Shown: one piece after another, positions 51,224-64,000 of the stretch | How the letters are laid out: every line of letters begins with the position of its first letter | Position numbering within the stretch: position 1 is the stretch's first letter | Assembly: GCA_002269645.1 (NCBI GenBank) | Contig: NIVC01001515.1 | Coordinates: 141,543 to 205,542, forward strand | DNA: 64,000 nucleotides | Direction: 5' to 3' | Source: Macrostomum lignano | Taxonomy: Eukaryota | Position numbers and translations under genes: made by a program | Notes under the pieces: model-generated | The model's database searches: none | What the model saw: the letters and a program-made list of their open reading frames with translations, nothing else | What the model was told of the DNA's origin: nothing

Positions 51224-52509
51224 TCGAGAGCTTTAAGAACTACCGAGGCTTTTCGCTTTGTTGAAGCCTGTTGCTAGTTGCACTCAATTTATGTTGCCGG
51301 CCTCAAAGAGTTCGAGCGACCGCTTTGAACCAGATTGATAATGCTGGCCTTAGCCTTATTGGCACGAATTTTATCTGGTTTTTGTGTCAAGTGTCTGTCA
51401 GGAACCTGAATTGAAACTGTTCAGTTTCTTACGGCAGATAGCAGTCAGGCAGGCGGATTGGCAGGCGCCTGGAAGCATGACTGACTTTTATTATTTTAGC
51501 TCGTAATAATAAAATGCCTGCGTTCAATTGTAAACAGACGTGGCTGGTAATTAGTTAGTTTAATGCTGGCCCACTATAGAGAGCAGTCCGGTTTTGAGTG
51601 ACTGCCTTCGGTCATATAAGCCTATTCGCATTGCACTAAGAGGCAAAGGTTACAAGAGTGTGACAATCTGAATCAACTAAGCGAGATTGTAACCCTTACC
51701 ACGTATGAGCATACTAGTTACATCGCAAATTACTTTAAATTCATTTCTTGTTTCCTAATTATTGATTAGCCTGAACGTAAGCTTTCTTCAATTAGTGTTT
51801 TCGTAAAATTACCTTAATAGTTTGGAAGCTAAAAATTTTGTAGAGAGGGCAGAAATTCAATATTAGCATGACCAAAGGTGAACTGTCAATTCAACAGCTC
51901 AAGCAAACATTGGAACGCCTGCGCAATTGTTCTATTTTTGAGCGACGCGTGCGCGAGCGCTGCATCTAGAATAGCGACCTACTAGTGTGCCAAGTCGAAT
52001 GCGTCAGTTGCGTTGGCAGAATTGGCGTTACCGGATTTTTCCATTTCCCTCAGGTGTGACAAGTACAATAAATTTCTGGTTCAAGGTCGAAACTACACAA
52101 TGTAGTTGTTAGCGCGGCAAATCTCGGGCAAATTCCAATCAGTACACTTAGATTTTGTAGAAAGTTTACACTCTCACGTGACCGTTTGTGTTGGCGGAAA
52201 GGGTACATGAAGTATTGTGTTACTGATAAACTTTCTGAAGTATGAGTTAACTTATGGAGCTTAGAGGTGATCATTGGTAGCTTATTTTATGCCAAAATTA
52301 AAATATAATTACACACATCCAGTGTAGGACTGTTAATAAGGATGACTTAAGAGTTATGACCGCTCTCTAACTAAACGCCCAGTGTTATTAACTCGCGTAC
52401 GTTTGACCGTTAAATTACAGGATGACACATGTTGGCGAAATATGGCTGATCACTCACTGTTAGTGGAAGAAAGTGTTTCGTTATTACAAGTCGCGGCACA
52501 TTCTACAAG

Positions 52510-53840
52510 TAGCCATATGTAGTCATCTGTAGCCATCTGTAGCAATCTGTAGCCATCTGTAGCCATCTGTAGCCTTCTGTAGTCATCTGTAGCCATCTGT
52601 AGCCATCTGTAGTCATCTAGTCATCTGTAGCCATCTGTAGCCATCTGTAGCCATCTGTAGTCATCTGTAGCAATCTGTAGCCATCTGTAGCCATCTGTAG
52701 CCTTCTGTAGCCATCTGTAGCCATCTGTAGCCATCTGTAGCCATCTGTAGTCATCTGTAGTCATCTGTAGCCATCTGTAGTCATCTGTAGTCATCTGTAG
52801 TCATCTGTAGCCATCTGTAGTCATCTGTAACCATCTGTAGTCATCTGTAGTCATCTGTAGCCATCTGTAGCCATCTGTAGTCATCTGTAGCCATCTGTAG
52901 CCATCTGTAGCCATCTGTAGTCATCTAGTCATCTGTAGCCATCTGTAGCCATCTGTAGCCATCTGTAGCCATCTGTAGCCATCTGTAGCCATCTGTAGCC
53001 ATCTGTAGCCATCTGTACCTATATGTAGTCATCTGTAGTCATCTGTAATCATCTGTAGCCATCTGTAGTCATCTGTAGCCTTCTGTAGTCATCTAGTCAT
53101 CTGTAGCCATCTGTAGCCATCTGTAACCGTCTGTAACCATCTGTAGCCATCTGTAGCCATCTGTAGCCATCTGTAACCGTCTTTAACCATCTGTAGCTAT
53201 CTTTAGCCATCTGTAGCCATCTGTGGACATCTGTAGCCATCTGTAGCCATCTGTAGCCATCTGTAGCCATCTGTAGTCATTTAGTCATCTGTAGCCATCT
53301 GTAGCCATCTGTAGCCATCTGTAGTCATCTGTAGCAATCTGTAGCCATCTGTAGCCATCTGTAGCCTTCTGTAGCCATCTGTAGCCATCTGTAGCCATCT
53401 GTAGCCATCTGTAGTCATCTGTAGTCATCTGTAGCCATCTGTAGTCATCTGTAGTCATCTGTAGTCATCTGTAGCCATCTGTAGTCATCTGTAACCATCT
53501 GTAGTCATCTGTAGTCATCTGTAGTCATCTGTAGCCATCTGTAGCCATCTGTAGTCATCTGTAGCCATCTGTAACCATCTGTAGCCATCTGTAGCCATCT
53601 GTAGTCATCTGTAGCCATCTGTAACCATCTGTAGCCATCTGTAGCCATCTGTAGTCATCTGTAGCCATCTGTAGCCATCTGTAGTCATCTGTAGCCATCT
53701 GTGGACATCTGTAGCCATCTGTAGCCATCTGTGGACATCTGTAGCCATCTGTGGACATCTGTGGACATCTGTAGCCATCTGTAGCCATCTGTAGCCATCT
53801 GTAGCCATCTGTAGCCATCTGTAACCATCTGTAGCCAACT
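52510..53840. repeat. 10-bp satellite (tagccatctg)n
   Basis: direct reading. Confidence 0.95.
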
Positions 53841-55348
53841 CATGCGTTACAGACTGCTCAGCTGATAACCGCTAGTACATCTATATCGTGTACTTTCATA
53901 TGCTTTCATATAAAAATCATATATAACGTGTAAAGTTCTTTGAGAATTTCCCTCCGGAAGTCCGCAGAGAGTTCGATCTGTATGGCGAATCCAGAGCTTT
54001 ATTTTTATTATTATAAATTAATATTACACAAGTTCAGCTTCTTTTACAGGTTTTTATAAGTCTTTACATGCACAGATGTATTCAAATTGCTCAAAATGGA
54101 CTCGAGCTCACGCTAGCACCGTCTAGGTCTCTATATGCATGTACTGAAGTTGACATCTTCCGTTTGTAACGCGTCTAGTCCATGCAAGGATTTATTTCAG
54201 TTCTTGCAGTTCTACAGTGTAGCTACTTGCATGGGCTGGGCGTGTGTTTCTACTTTCAGTAACCGATCTCTTTTGCGTCCATTGCAAGCAATAAGACTAG
54301 GTGAGCCATTTTATCAATCTCCGATCAAATACTCCTTGGATAAAAAACTGCAGATTTATGTAAGAATTGACATTAAAAGTGATTTAAGCTCTGTGTATCG
54401 AGTATCTACTACTTCTAAATCTAAATGTACTTCGATTGGTCCTTTTTAGTTGGCATGCACTTCACAAATAAGCAATACATACATTTACATCACATGCCAG
54501 ATAAGGAGCTGCTCTTGCAGGCGTTAATGGTTTAGCGAGGATTTTAAATTCAGGATTGAAGCACATATGCATGTAATTGCACTTGCGAGTAATGAAAATT
54601 TATTTACTAGCTGCATCCGAATGCACTTAACCCGAGAACATAGTCAGACAGTTTTTTGCAGATTTTTAAAAAGAACGTACCAATTTTTTACAGGTATGAA
54701 AAGAGAGCGAAGCAGTTTAATACGAGCGTAAAAACACTGATACTGTATTTTAGTTAGAATACTATTTGACGTGACGCGAAAGTCAGGAGCTGATTGTTGT
54801 TTAATAACGAATGTGAATGCTTGCGATATATTTGTAGAATAGCCTAAGTACTTGACGAGTTGAAGACCAAGAGAAATAGCTTAAATATTGTAAATATTGG
54901 ATTTCACTGATGCACTGACACTGTGAGTGGAGAGAGTACAAAATGGTAGAGACTTAAGGGGCGAGGCAATGGCTAGCGCAATGATGCACATGGAACAGAG
55001 TAGAGTACGCATAGAGTACACAAGTATTTACTGAGTACACGCAGATCGCAAGCTGCAAACAAGGTGACAAAGCTAAGTTAAATAAACAACCCCCCCCCCA
55101 CAGTTACCCAGCTCACAAACCAAACAACCGTCATTTCACTATTTATATTGCACCTGCATGAGCTCTACAGAATGGGAAATAAAAAATAATTCTTTAATCG
55201 CAGCAAAAATTTTTAGAATGACAAGCGTCACATTTATAACCTGTCGAATTTTCTCTCTTTCTGAGATATCTTCAAGCGGTTTCAGGCATTTTATTTCCAC
55301 GCTTTTTGGAACCCGGAATTTCGGTAGTCTAGTTTGCTTATCGGTGCC

Positions 55349-56028
55349 GTCGTCGTTGGTAGGAAGAGCGGTCCGCAGCACCCAGTCAAGCACCAGAACA
55401 AACAGGAACGGCGCAAGCGTATCTCCCTGAAGCACCCCGGAGGATGTCTCAAAGAAGTCCGATAGGCCGTCCGGTGTTGAAACAGCAACTTTCGTATTAC
55501 GGTACATCGCCATGATGGCGGAACTCAGCTGCTCTGGCACGTTGTACGCACGGAGCACCTTTGGGAGCACAGACTTGACGTTCGACCGAGTCGAATGCCT
55601 TCTTGAAATCTATGAAGATTATAATCAGAATCGACTGGCGTATCCGTGCTTCCTCGATGACTGGCCGAAGAGCCAGGATCTGCGTCACTGTGCCGCGATG
55701 GGGCCGGAAGCCGTTCTGTTCAGGACGCAGGTACGGATCCAGCACGGACTGCAACCGCGATAACTGCATCCTATTATCGCGGTTGCAGTCCGGGTTGCAG
55801 TCTAGACTAACTAGACTAGTCTAGAAGTCCTTGAGCCGGTGCAGGAGGTGCTGCTGCTAACGCCGCAGGCACCCTACCGGCGGGGGCAGGCGCGCACTCG
55901 GCGTTGCGTCGACTGCCTGCTGGCTGACGCCGGCGCCCCGGATTCGGCCGGCGGCGTGGCGTTCATTCGTGACCTGGCCTTGAAGCACGCCCTGTGACGC
56001 TAACCTGCGTATTCTGTTGTTGTTGTTG
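55349..56028. mobile_element. 5'-truncated, 5'-inverted RTE-like LINE insertion
   Basis: RT fragment on - (EQNGFR, IDFKKAFDS, GVLQGDTLAPFLF); ORF C-terminus plus (TTG)n tail on +; 11-bp TSD ttatcggtgcc at 55338-55348 and 56029-56039. Confidence 0.85.
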
Positions 56029-56183
56029 TTATCGGTGCCAAGTGTACTACTGTGTATAATATTCATATAAATCGTTAAATTCATCGTTATGAGCCAGTGT
56101 ATGGGTTATTTATATCCCTTTGCGTTTGTACCGTAATTTTGGCGCTTGGACCTTGCGCGATTAGCGCTTTTTTGTTTTAGGAT

Positions 56184-56510
56184 GTGGTTTTTGGTTTCCT
56201 TTCAGATTACTTTCCATGCATTTTTAGAAACAAAATTCTTAACAACCCTCCTAAACAAGATTACACACCCAACATAATTTCTCAAGAAGCATGTAGACTG
56301 TGTGGAGCGAGAAATGGTTCCGATATCCTACACTACTTGACCGAATGTCAAAAAGCTCAAGAGATCAGGAAAAATTACTTCTCTGTCAATACCTCTTGTC
56401 TTAGAGATGACAACCATGCAGTACACAAGATAGGATATGCTACAAATGAAAAAAGAATCAGAAAAGAGCTAACTGGTGTAGCTAAAATATATGAAGTCAT
56501 GAATAGCTAA
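56184..56510 (+). mobile_element. Non-LTR retrotransposon C-terminal zinc-knuckle remnant
   Basis: CRLCG...DILHYLTEC (CxxC..HxxxxC). Confidence 0.55.
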
Positions 56511-57423
56511 AACAGTTATGCAAACTGAAACAGATGCATCAGCAGTGTAAAAAATCCGCTTTCAGTTGTATATTCATTTCCTGTCTTTTTTTATTTCCTA
56601 TTTAAATCCTCGTTAGTCGTTAGACGTTAAAAGTTCGTTTGAAGTGTGTATATACTCGTTTTTCACGCTTTCAATATCACGAGCTTTCAAATACTATATC
56701 TTTTGTAGCCGCGTATTCCGGAGTTCGAATTCCCGCCAACTATAGAAGACTTCGTTAGTCAAAGAAACTTGATTTATTAGCTTGCCAGCTTGCTTGAATT
56801 AGACTTTGACCGCGCGGGGGGAGGCAGGGTGAAAGACTCAGCTTAGAAAATCCTAGCCAATTGGATTTCTCCGACAGGGTGGGCACTAAGCACTCCATTG
56901 GTTAGGGTTCGTTATTCACGCGTTTACAGCCAATCAGAAACGAAAAGAAATTTCGCGAAAGACAATGCAGGGGTGGGGGTTGACGCAGAGAGAAAGAAAG
57001 AGAAAATAATAGAAAATAATAGAAGTGCACGTGAACTCAAATTGAGCACTATTACACTTTACGAAAAATCGCCTATTATTGAGAGCATTCCTTATACTCG
57101 ATATTTGTTATATTGACAGAAAAAAATATTTAACTTTTTGAATCGCATTTTAGAAGAATCGTTTTGCATCAAAGTCATACGGTATCTGTTTTTTTCTTTT
57201 TTATTATTCCCTACTTTAAATCTTGTTGTTCTGTTGGATCAGTCGTAGTCGTCCGAAAAAACCGTAAAAATTCCAGACGTTCTTTCAAATACCTTATACT
57301 TAAATACAATTAACAATTATCATTCAAATCGTATTCATCGTTCATGTAAAAATAATCAACCTTTTGAACAAATATTAAATACATTGAATCATATTGGCAA
57401 AACAGGCTCTTGGCCTGAACCAA

Positions 57424-57426
57424 ACT

Positions 57427-57520
<94 letters not shown>
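57424..57520. repeat. (CTA)n microsatellite
   Basis: direct reading. Confidence 0.95.
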
Positions 57521-57521
<1 letters not shown>

Positions 57522-58740
57522 TGCTGGCTCCCAGATATTTGTAAACCCCTCCCGGTGTTCTCGATCACTACATTGGCTTCTCCTTAATTTTTTGATCTTA
57601 TATATATTTAAATATCTCAATGCAAATAGGAATTCTATGATTTAAAGAACATTAACAGCAGATCTAGACCATAATTTTTGTTTTAATCAACAAAATTCTA
57701 AGAGTTTATCAGCGGAAAGTGTGGTAGTTGGATACCACCAATTGCTCGATGTGGAATTTGATTTTTTAATCACATTACATTTTCTGGACTTTAAAATTAT
57801 GTTTGCCCCATTCTGGTCCCCGTTCGTCCACTCCCTGGCGCTAGTTGTGACGTATCCTGCCCCTTTTCTGTTCCCCTCGCCCCATTTTCTGGCGTTTGTT
57901 CGTCCAATTTATGTTTTAAATTTGTTTTTCTATGTGTTTCTGCGGCAATTTTTGTTGAATCCTTTTTGGCCTTTGCGTTTTCGCCCTTCCCCAGTTTCTG
58001 GGCCTCGCAAGCCTTTTTGTGACCTGTTTCCTGGGTATTTATTACCGCCTCCTGCGCCTGTCCTCTCCTCATGCCTTTCTTCTCCTCTGACGTCCCTTTA
58101 ACTCCCTTTTCCGCCTCGCCCTTAACTTAATAACGTTTATTTAACGCAGTCTACTACTTGAAGGAAAACCTAACTTAGTTTTATTTGAGTAAGCCCGCAC
58201 CGCGGCACCCCTGAACATTAACGTCTGTCGCAGCTCGTTCAAATAATATTACTTTAACTATATAATAACTTGATTTACCGAATAATAAATAATCAAGCCA
58301 ACGGTTACAGCATCCTGTTACTTCATCTCTGGATTAAAAGTCATAGCTTTTCTTGAGTCATTTGCCCGCGGGGCGTAAAATAACCCCGTCTCATCTCGAA
58401 GCAAGCTCTGAGACTTCAACGTTCCGTAATACGTAAATTACGGTGGTGGCAGCGCTACTCTACTAACAGTAATCAGTCAAGCAATCGAAGTGCATTAACT
58501 ACGGTGTCTGAGGACCCTCTCTGAACGCTCGCGCCTAACGAAGACCGCTCGTCTACGACCGAAACTACCCTCCCCCGGAATTGAGGACCCCGGCAGCCGG
58601 AGTAAAACAGGAGGCAAACTTTCGTTGTGATTCATCTGTGCGATTTTCTGGCTTCAATTCGTGCGAACGCAGCGACGACCGGTTTCGAAGAAACCCCGAG
58701 TTCAAAATCCGCAATCGCCAAATTTAAAGCCCAACTTTTC

Positions 58741-60731
58741 TACGCATTTGTTTCCCCATTGATATTCGCATTGATATTCGAATTTTAACAAAAGCAAAAT
58801 ACTAAAAGCAACCCGTAGCATGAAACTTTACACAGAGTAAACTGCAACCGTGAAACGACTATTGGTCAAGTTTCAGCTCGATATGTAACTGGCTTTGAGC
58901 AGGAGCGATTTTCGATGTGTTCCATTTAAAATACATGTGATTCCAAAATTCATATTGATATTCGAGTACAGTCTATTCTGATATGAACATGCAAAATTGC
59001 AGTCGCCTTCTCGATTCGGTTGTCCTCTTACCTTTCGTGGATTCGGCAGCTCCTTTATTCAGGAAGTGTCAAGACAAGTTCGTAGCCGATACATTGCCAC
59101 GTACAATGCAGGTCGATTGATACAGCTGCGGTGTTTTCGTCTGTATCTACGCCAGGGCGATTGTGCTCGGAAAAGTGCCCTTTTTCAAGCGTGACGCCCA
59201 ATCACTGGAGTCATTTAGACATCACATCTGGGCGGTTATCGAAGTTTACAGTCTCGGAGGGAACCAAGAGTTTTGCCATGCATGCAAAAAAAGCTGTCCT
59301 GATACATGCAGTCCTGTCGCCAATGCTCCGATCGACTGGGTAGGTCCAACAAAAAATATTTTCTCGATTCAGCCTTTTTAAAACTAATATAGGTTTGCAA
59401 CATACGAGTATAGCAAACCCTCTAGATGATTGACAGGATCAAAAAACATAACGCTACTGCCTGAACGACTGGCTGAATGCGTATAGCAGTCTGAAATTTG
59501 ATAGCAATTATTATGATGCAATGCGACGATTTTTTCCAGATCGAGTGCCCATCTTGCTTGTACTGGTATCATGTGCAATCGGCCAGTCGAGAATTTTATT
59601 TGTGAGAACTGCCATACCGTTTTTCTACTACCTGGCTAATCTAAATCCGTACTATGCAACTTCAATTCGGAGCACTTCGTTACATTTCTGCTGACTATTC
59701 ATTTGAGCGATATGAACTTTTCTACGACTACAATGACTTATCTACAGTACTTAAAACATGTTGCCAACTGTTACTTGATATTGTAAATTACTGTTTTATA
59801 ATTCGTCTCTAAGCTGCATGGCATGCAAGTCACCCACATACTGCATGATTTTGACTTTTTACGTTTCTGTTTTCGTTTCTGTCGTTTCACGGTTGCAGTT
59901 TACTCTGTGTAAAGTTTCGTCAAGATCGGTGAGGCAGAAGTACCTGTACTCGAATATCAATATGAATTTTGGAATCACATGTATTTTAAATGGAACGCAT
60001 CGAAAATCGCTCCTGCTCTCGATTGATACTAAAGCCAAAGTGACATATCGAGCTGAAACTTGACCAATAGTCGTTTCACGGTTGCAGTTTACTCTGTGTA
60101 AAGTTTCGTCAAGATCGGTGAGGCAGAAGTACCTGTACTCGAATATCAATATGAATTTTGGAATCACATGTATTTTAAATTGAACACATCGAAAATCGCT
60201 CCTGCTCAAAGCCAAAGTGACATGTCGAGCTGAAACTTGACCAATAGTCGTTTCACGGTTGCAGTTTACTCTGTGTAAAGTTTCGTCAAGATCGGTGAGG
60301 CAGAAGTACCTGTACTCGAATATCAATATGAATTTTGGAATCACATGTATTTTAAATGGAACGCATCGAAAATCGCTCCTGCTCTCGATTGATACTAAAG
60401 CCAAAGTGACATATCGAGCTGAAACTTGACCAATAGTCGTTTCACGGTTGCAGTTTACTCTGTGTAAAGTTTCGTCAAGATCGGTGAGGCAGAAGTACCT
60501 GTACTCGAATATCAATATGAATTTTGGAATCACATGTATTTTAAATGGAACACATCGAAAATCGCTCCTGCTCAAAGCCAAAGTGACATATCGAGCTGAA
60601 ACTTGACCAATAGTCGTTTCACGGTTGCAGTTTACTCTGTGTAAAGTTTCATGCTACGGGTTGCTTTTAGTATTTTGCTTTTGTTAAAATTCGAATATCA
60701 ATGCGAATATCGATGGGGAAACAAATGCGTA
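58741..60731. mobile_element. Non-autonomous DNA transposon with long TIRs, IS3EU-like
   Basis: ~230-bp inverted arms with TACG...CGTA ends; 6-bp TSD cttttc at 58735-58740 and 60732-60737; right arm tandemly amplified in 189/177-bp units. Confidence 0.75.
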
Positions 60732-60839
60732 CTTTTCTTCCTCCGCCCCTGCACCTCTAAAGTTTAATTTCGCAATATTTACAGTGCATGAGCTCAGCTC
60801 TATTTACTATTTACTATTTACTAATTACAGTCACGTATA

Positions 60840-61380
60840 TGTTTGATATGATGGCTCTGTTATGATTGACATGGTGGCTCTGTTATGTTTGACATGGTGG
60901 CTCTTTTATGTTTGACGTGGTGGCTCTTCTATGTTTGACATGGCGGCCCTTTTACATTTGAAATGGTGTCTTTTTTATGTTTGGCATGCTGGCTCAATAA
61001 TGTTTTGACATTGTAGCTCTTCTATGTTTGATACTAAAAGTCTAAAAGAGCCATATATGTGACTCCATGTCAAACATATATGTGACTCCATGTCAAACAT
61101 GAAACATAAAAGAGACACCATGCCACATAAGGGAACCACTATGTCAAACATATATGTGACTCCATGTCAAACATTAAAGAGCCACCATGTCAAACAACTG
61201 AGCTACCATGTCCATGTCAAAAATAACAAAGACACCATTTCAATTTTCAAATGTAAAAGGGCCACCATGGCAAACATAGAAGAGCCACCATCTCAAACAT
61301 TAAAGTGCTACCATGTCTAACATAGAAGAGCCCCCATTTCAAACATAAAAGAGGCACCATTTCAAACATAAAAAGAAGTG
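60840..61380. repeat. Inverted arrays of ~23-bp subrepeats (foldback-like)
   Basis: tgtttgacatggtggctct units face agagccaccatgtcaaaca units. Confidence 0.55.
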
Positions 61381-61479
61381 TCATGCAAAACTAAATGGAG
61401 CCACTATAAAGCTAAGGAAATTATTGCACTAGGCCTAGCTACTTGTTCTCTAGTGGAGGCTTGCTATTTAAGGATAGAT

Positions 61480-61830
61480 ACTTGCTATCTGAGGGATGCT
61501 TGTTATTAGGGGATGCTTCCTATTGGAAGGATGCTTGCTACTGGGGTAACTTGCTATTGGGAAATGCTTGCTCTTGGGGGGGGGGGTAGAGGGTATTTGC
61601 TATCTGAGAGGGGATTACTAGATATCTATAAGGTCTCTTTGTATCTAGGTTAGGTTATGCTTGCTATCTGGGGGATGTTTGCTATTGGGGGGATGCTTGC
61701 TATCTGGGAGATGCTTGCAGTCTAAGGATGCTTGCTATCTAGGAGATGCTTGCAGTCTGGGGATGCTTGCTATTTGGGAATTGATGCTTGAATGCTGTCT
61801 AAGGATGTTTGCTGTCTTGGAATGTTTTGT
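61480..61830. repeat. Degenerate (gggatgcttgctat)-type repeat
   Basis: direct reading. Confidence 0.65.
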
Positions 61831-62994
61831 TTTTAGAGGGAATGTCTGTTGTTTATTTATGAAGGCTTTATTTCACTGTCTATTTGTTATTTGTAAAGAA
61901 CAAGGATTCTATCTAGATATCTCCATTGGGAGGCAAAGATTGCTAGTGCCTATACTATAGGCCTAGTTGCTTCAATATGGTGCAAGTCATGGATAGTGTC
62001 ATGGATTAATTTTAACATTTAACATTTAATAATTTTATTTACCTTGTGTTATATTTGTCCTTGTTTATGTAATAGACTTTGTTTTTATTTTATGAGTAGT
62101 AGGCAAATTTTCTTAGAAACATATAGGCCTGATTTCAAAACTCTATTATTTTGTTGTAAATAAAATTTTACTATAAATAGGAACCAACTAAGAGCCAGAT
62201 CAAATTAATTGTTTCATTACTATTTCTGTCATTGCTGTTGTATTTCTTTCAAGCATTCTATAGTCTCATAGATGTCCTTTTTAGTGAAAATTTCCACATA
62301 GATAGCCCTATAAAAATCTGTGCCATGCTGCTATCTAAAATTATAAACAAGTTCTAAATTCTGAACAATTTGGAAAAGTAAGTCTGTGGGCTTATATTAG
62401 GTCTAAAACTGATATGTGTTAGATTAAAATGATAATGTTAGATTAAAATGATAAATGATGCAAGGTTATTGTTTGCATTTGATGGTTGAATTAGGAATCT
62501 TGAATGCGTAGCTCTAGATGTGGTCTTAATGGGAAAAGGGATGAAACTGAGAGGGGAGCTCTGCAAAAAAGGGTATACTGCCATAGACTAACTAAACAGT
62601 AACAGAACAAAAGTTAAGTGAAGCTTAAGTCATATAATATACAACATAGACAGAGAAGCAATAATGCACTAAAGCTATAGGCTGAGCTCTAATGCACAAC
62701 AAAAACTTTAAGTCAATAAGGTTATTTTAGTGTTCTTGGCCTTAGTTTATGATGATCTATTTTAGGCTTATACATGCACATAAATTTTTGTGTTGTTAAA
62801 AGTAGCATTAATAAATCATCTTTTTTATCTATAGAAAATGAATAAAGCATATCTTAGTACTTGCACTTTGATATTTTCTTACATTAAAATGCAAATAAAA
62901 GTATACTTTTTATGGTTATTGACTGATACAACAATAAAAATACTGGTTATTTTCCAGCTATCTGTCTGGCACTTTATCTGTCCCCTATAAGACT

Positions 62995-63885
62995 ATGGGA
63001 AAAGGTCGATGCTGCAAGGATGATGAAGCTGAATACAGTGAGCCTTTGTAATATTTTTTCGAAGTTGCGTTTTTGTTTGAAAAACATCACTTCATAATTG
63101 TTTTACTACTCTGCAGACAAAGTCAGAACCACGACAAAGACTTCAAAGGACCAATTGAAAATCGATCCTGCACTGACATTGCTGTTGTCTGCTCTTTGTA
63201 GCATGTGTCATCTTGCTACTGCTGATTGCCACTGTTGGTGAGTAGTATCTGTAGATTTAGTTCTAATTAGTAGGCTTTAGTTCTAAATTAGTAGATAACA
63301 GGACTTTATTGGGTCAGTAGCATCCAGGAGGACTTTTATTGGGTCAGTAGCATACAGAAGGGCTTTATTGGGTCAGTAGCATGCAGAAGGGCTTTATTGG
63401 GTCAGTAGCATGCAGAAGGGCTTTATTGGGTCAGTAGCATGCCAGAAGACTTTATTGGGTCAGTAGCACCCATAAGGACTTATTGTTGGGTCAGTAGCAT
63501 GCAGAAGGACTTTATTGGGTCAGTAGCACCCAGAAGGACTCTATTGGGTCAGTAGCACCCATAAGGACTTTATTGGGTCAGTAGCACCCATAGGACTTTA
63601 TTGGGTCAGTAGCACCCATAAGGACTTTATTGGGTCAGTAGCATGCAGAAGGACTTATTGGGTCAGTAGCACCCAGAAGGACTTTATTGGGTCAGTAGCA
63701 TGCAGAAGGACTTTATTGGGTCAGTAGCACCCAGAAGGACTTTATTGGGTCAGTAGCATGCAGAAGAAGGACTTAATGATTGATGACAATTTGATTTGAT
63801 TTCCAGCTTTTATCAGAGGCGACTACAGGGCGCGTGAATCTATCCAAACTGATTCTAATGGCCAGATCTGCGGCCGCGATGTTCA
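62995..63885 (+). CDS. SLC44A: Choline transporter-like protein (SLC44/CTL), first three coding exons (62995-63047, 63117-63237, 63807-63885); continues beyond the window
   Basis: DFKGPIENRSCTDI followed by CCLLF in a shifted frame, then GD..YPTDSNGQICG-like motif; GT-AG junctions; needs single-base indel corrections. Confidence 0.75.
63300..63775. repeat. ~29-bp minisatellite (ggactttattgggtcagtagcatgcagaa)n in the CTL intron
   Basis: between exons 63237 and 63807. Confidence 0.9.
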
Positions 63886-64000
63886 GTAAGCTTGCACATA
63901 CATATATATGCATCGATTTTATTTGTACATTAGTATACAACAGCTTTATAGATAGGAATTTTGTACTGTATTTTCATGCTAGGCCATGTCTAATTTATCA

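Noticed and set aside
52510-53840. MATDGYRWLQ repeat protein
   Set aside because: Frame-cycling translation of a 10-bp satellite with frequent stops.
58500-58700. Hammerhead-like motifs (ctgagga...cgaaac) of a Penelope-like element
   Set aside because: Stem II closing bases do not pair and stems I/III could not be built by eye.

Overview
Eukaryotic (metazoan) genomic DNA with GT-AG introns, GC-rich exons rich in poly-Ala/Gln, and very abundant minisatellites. This style suggests a free-living flatworm such as Macrostomum (inference only). Genes reconstructed by hand: (i) the last three exons of an ASAP-type ArfGAP-ankyrin gene (+, 542-3497); (ii) a complete 22-exon type IV diacylglycerol kinase (DGKZ/DGKI/rdgA-like, -, 36638-9023) with every splice phase checked, plus a candidate alternative first exon at 41386-41468; (iii) an intronless FABP nested antisense in DGK intron 2; (iv) an intronless, very basic ependymin-like secreted protein; (v) an intronless SLC16/MCT transporter; (vi) the 5' exons of an SLC44/CTL gene with apparent indel errors; and (vii) an orphan Q/A/T-rich ORF. 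Mobile DNA includes a tRNA-derived CORE-type SINE with TSD, a 5'-inverted RTE-like LINE insertion with TSD, a deleted Tc1/mariner-type element, an IS3EU-like element with a 6-bp TSD, several MITEs, and a recurring CCATAGAC/GTCTATGG-ended family. The most striking pattern is that about 15 of 21 DGK introns each carry their own unrelated tandem array. Several arrays are built from the adjacent splice signals: the exon end plus 5' donor copied ~19 and ~30 times, decoy acceptors lacking the branch point, and a branchpoint-AG|GT unit. This points to intron growth by in-situ amplification of splice junctions. Most long ORFs in the supplied track are translations of these arrays and are not genes. 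Array copy numbers are approximate.
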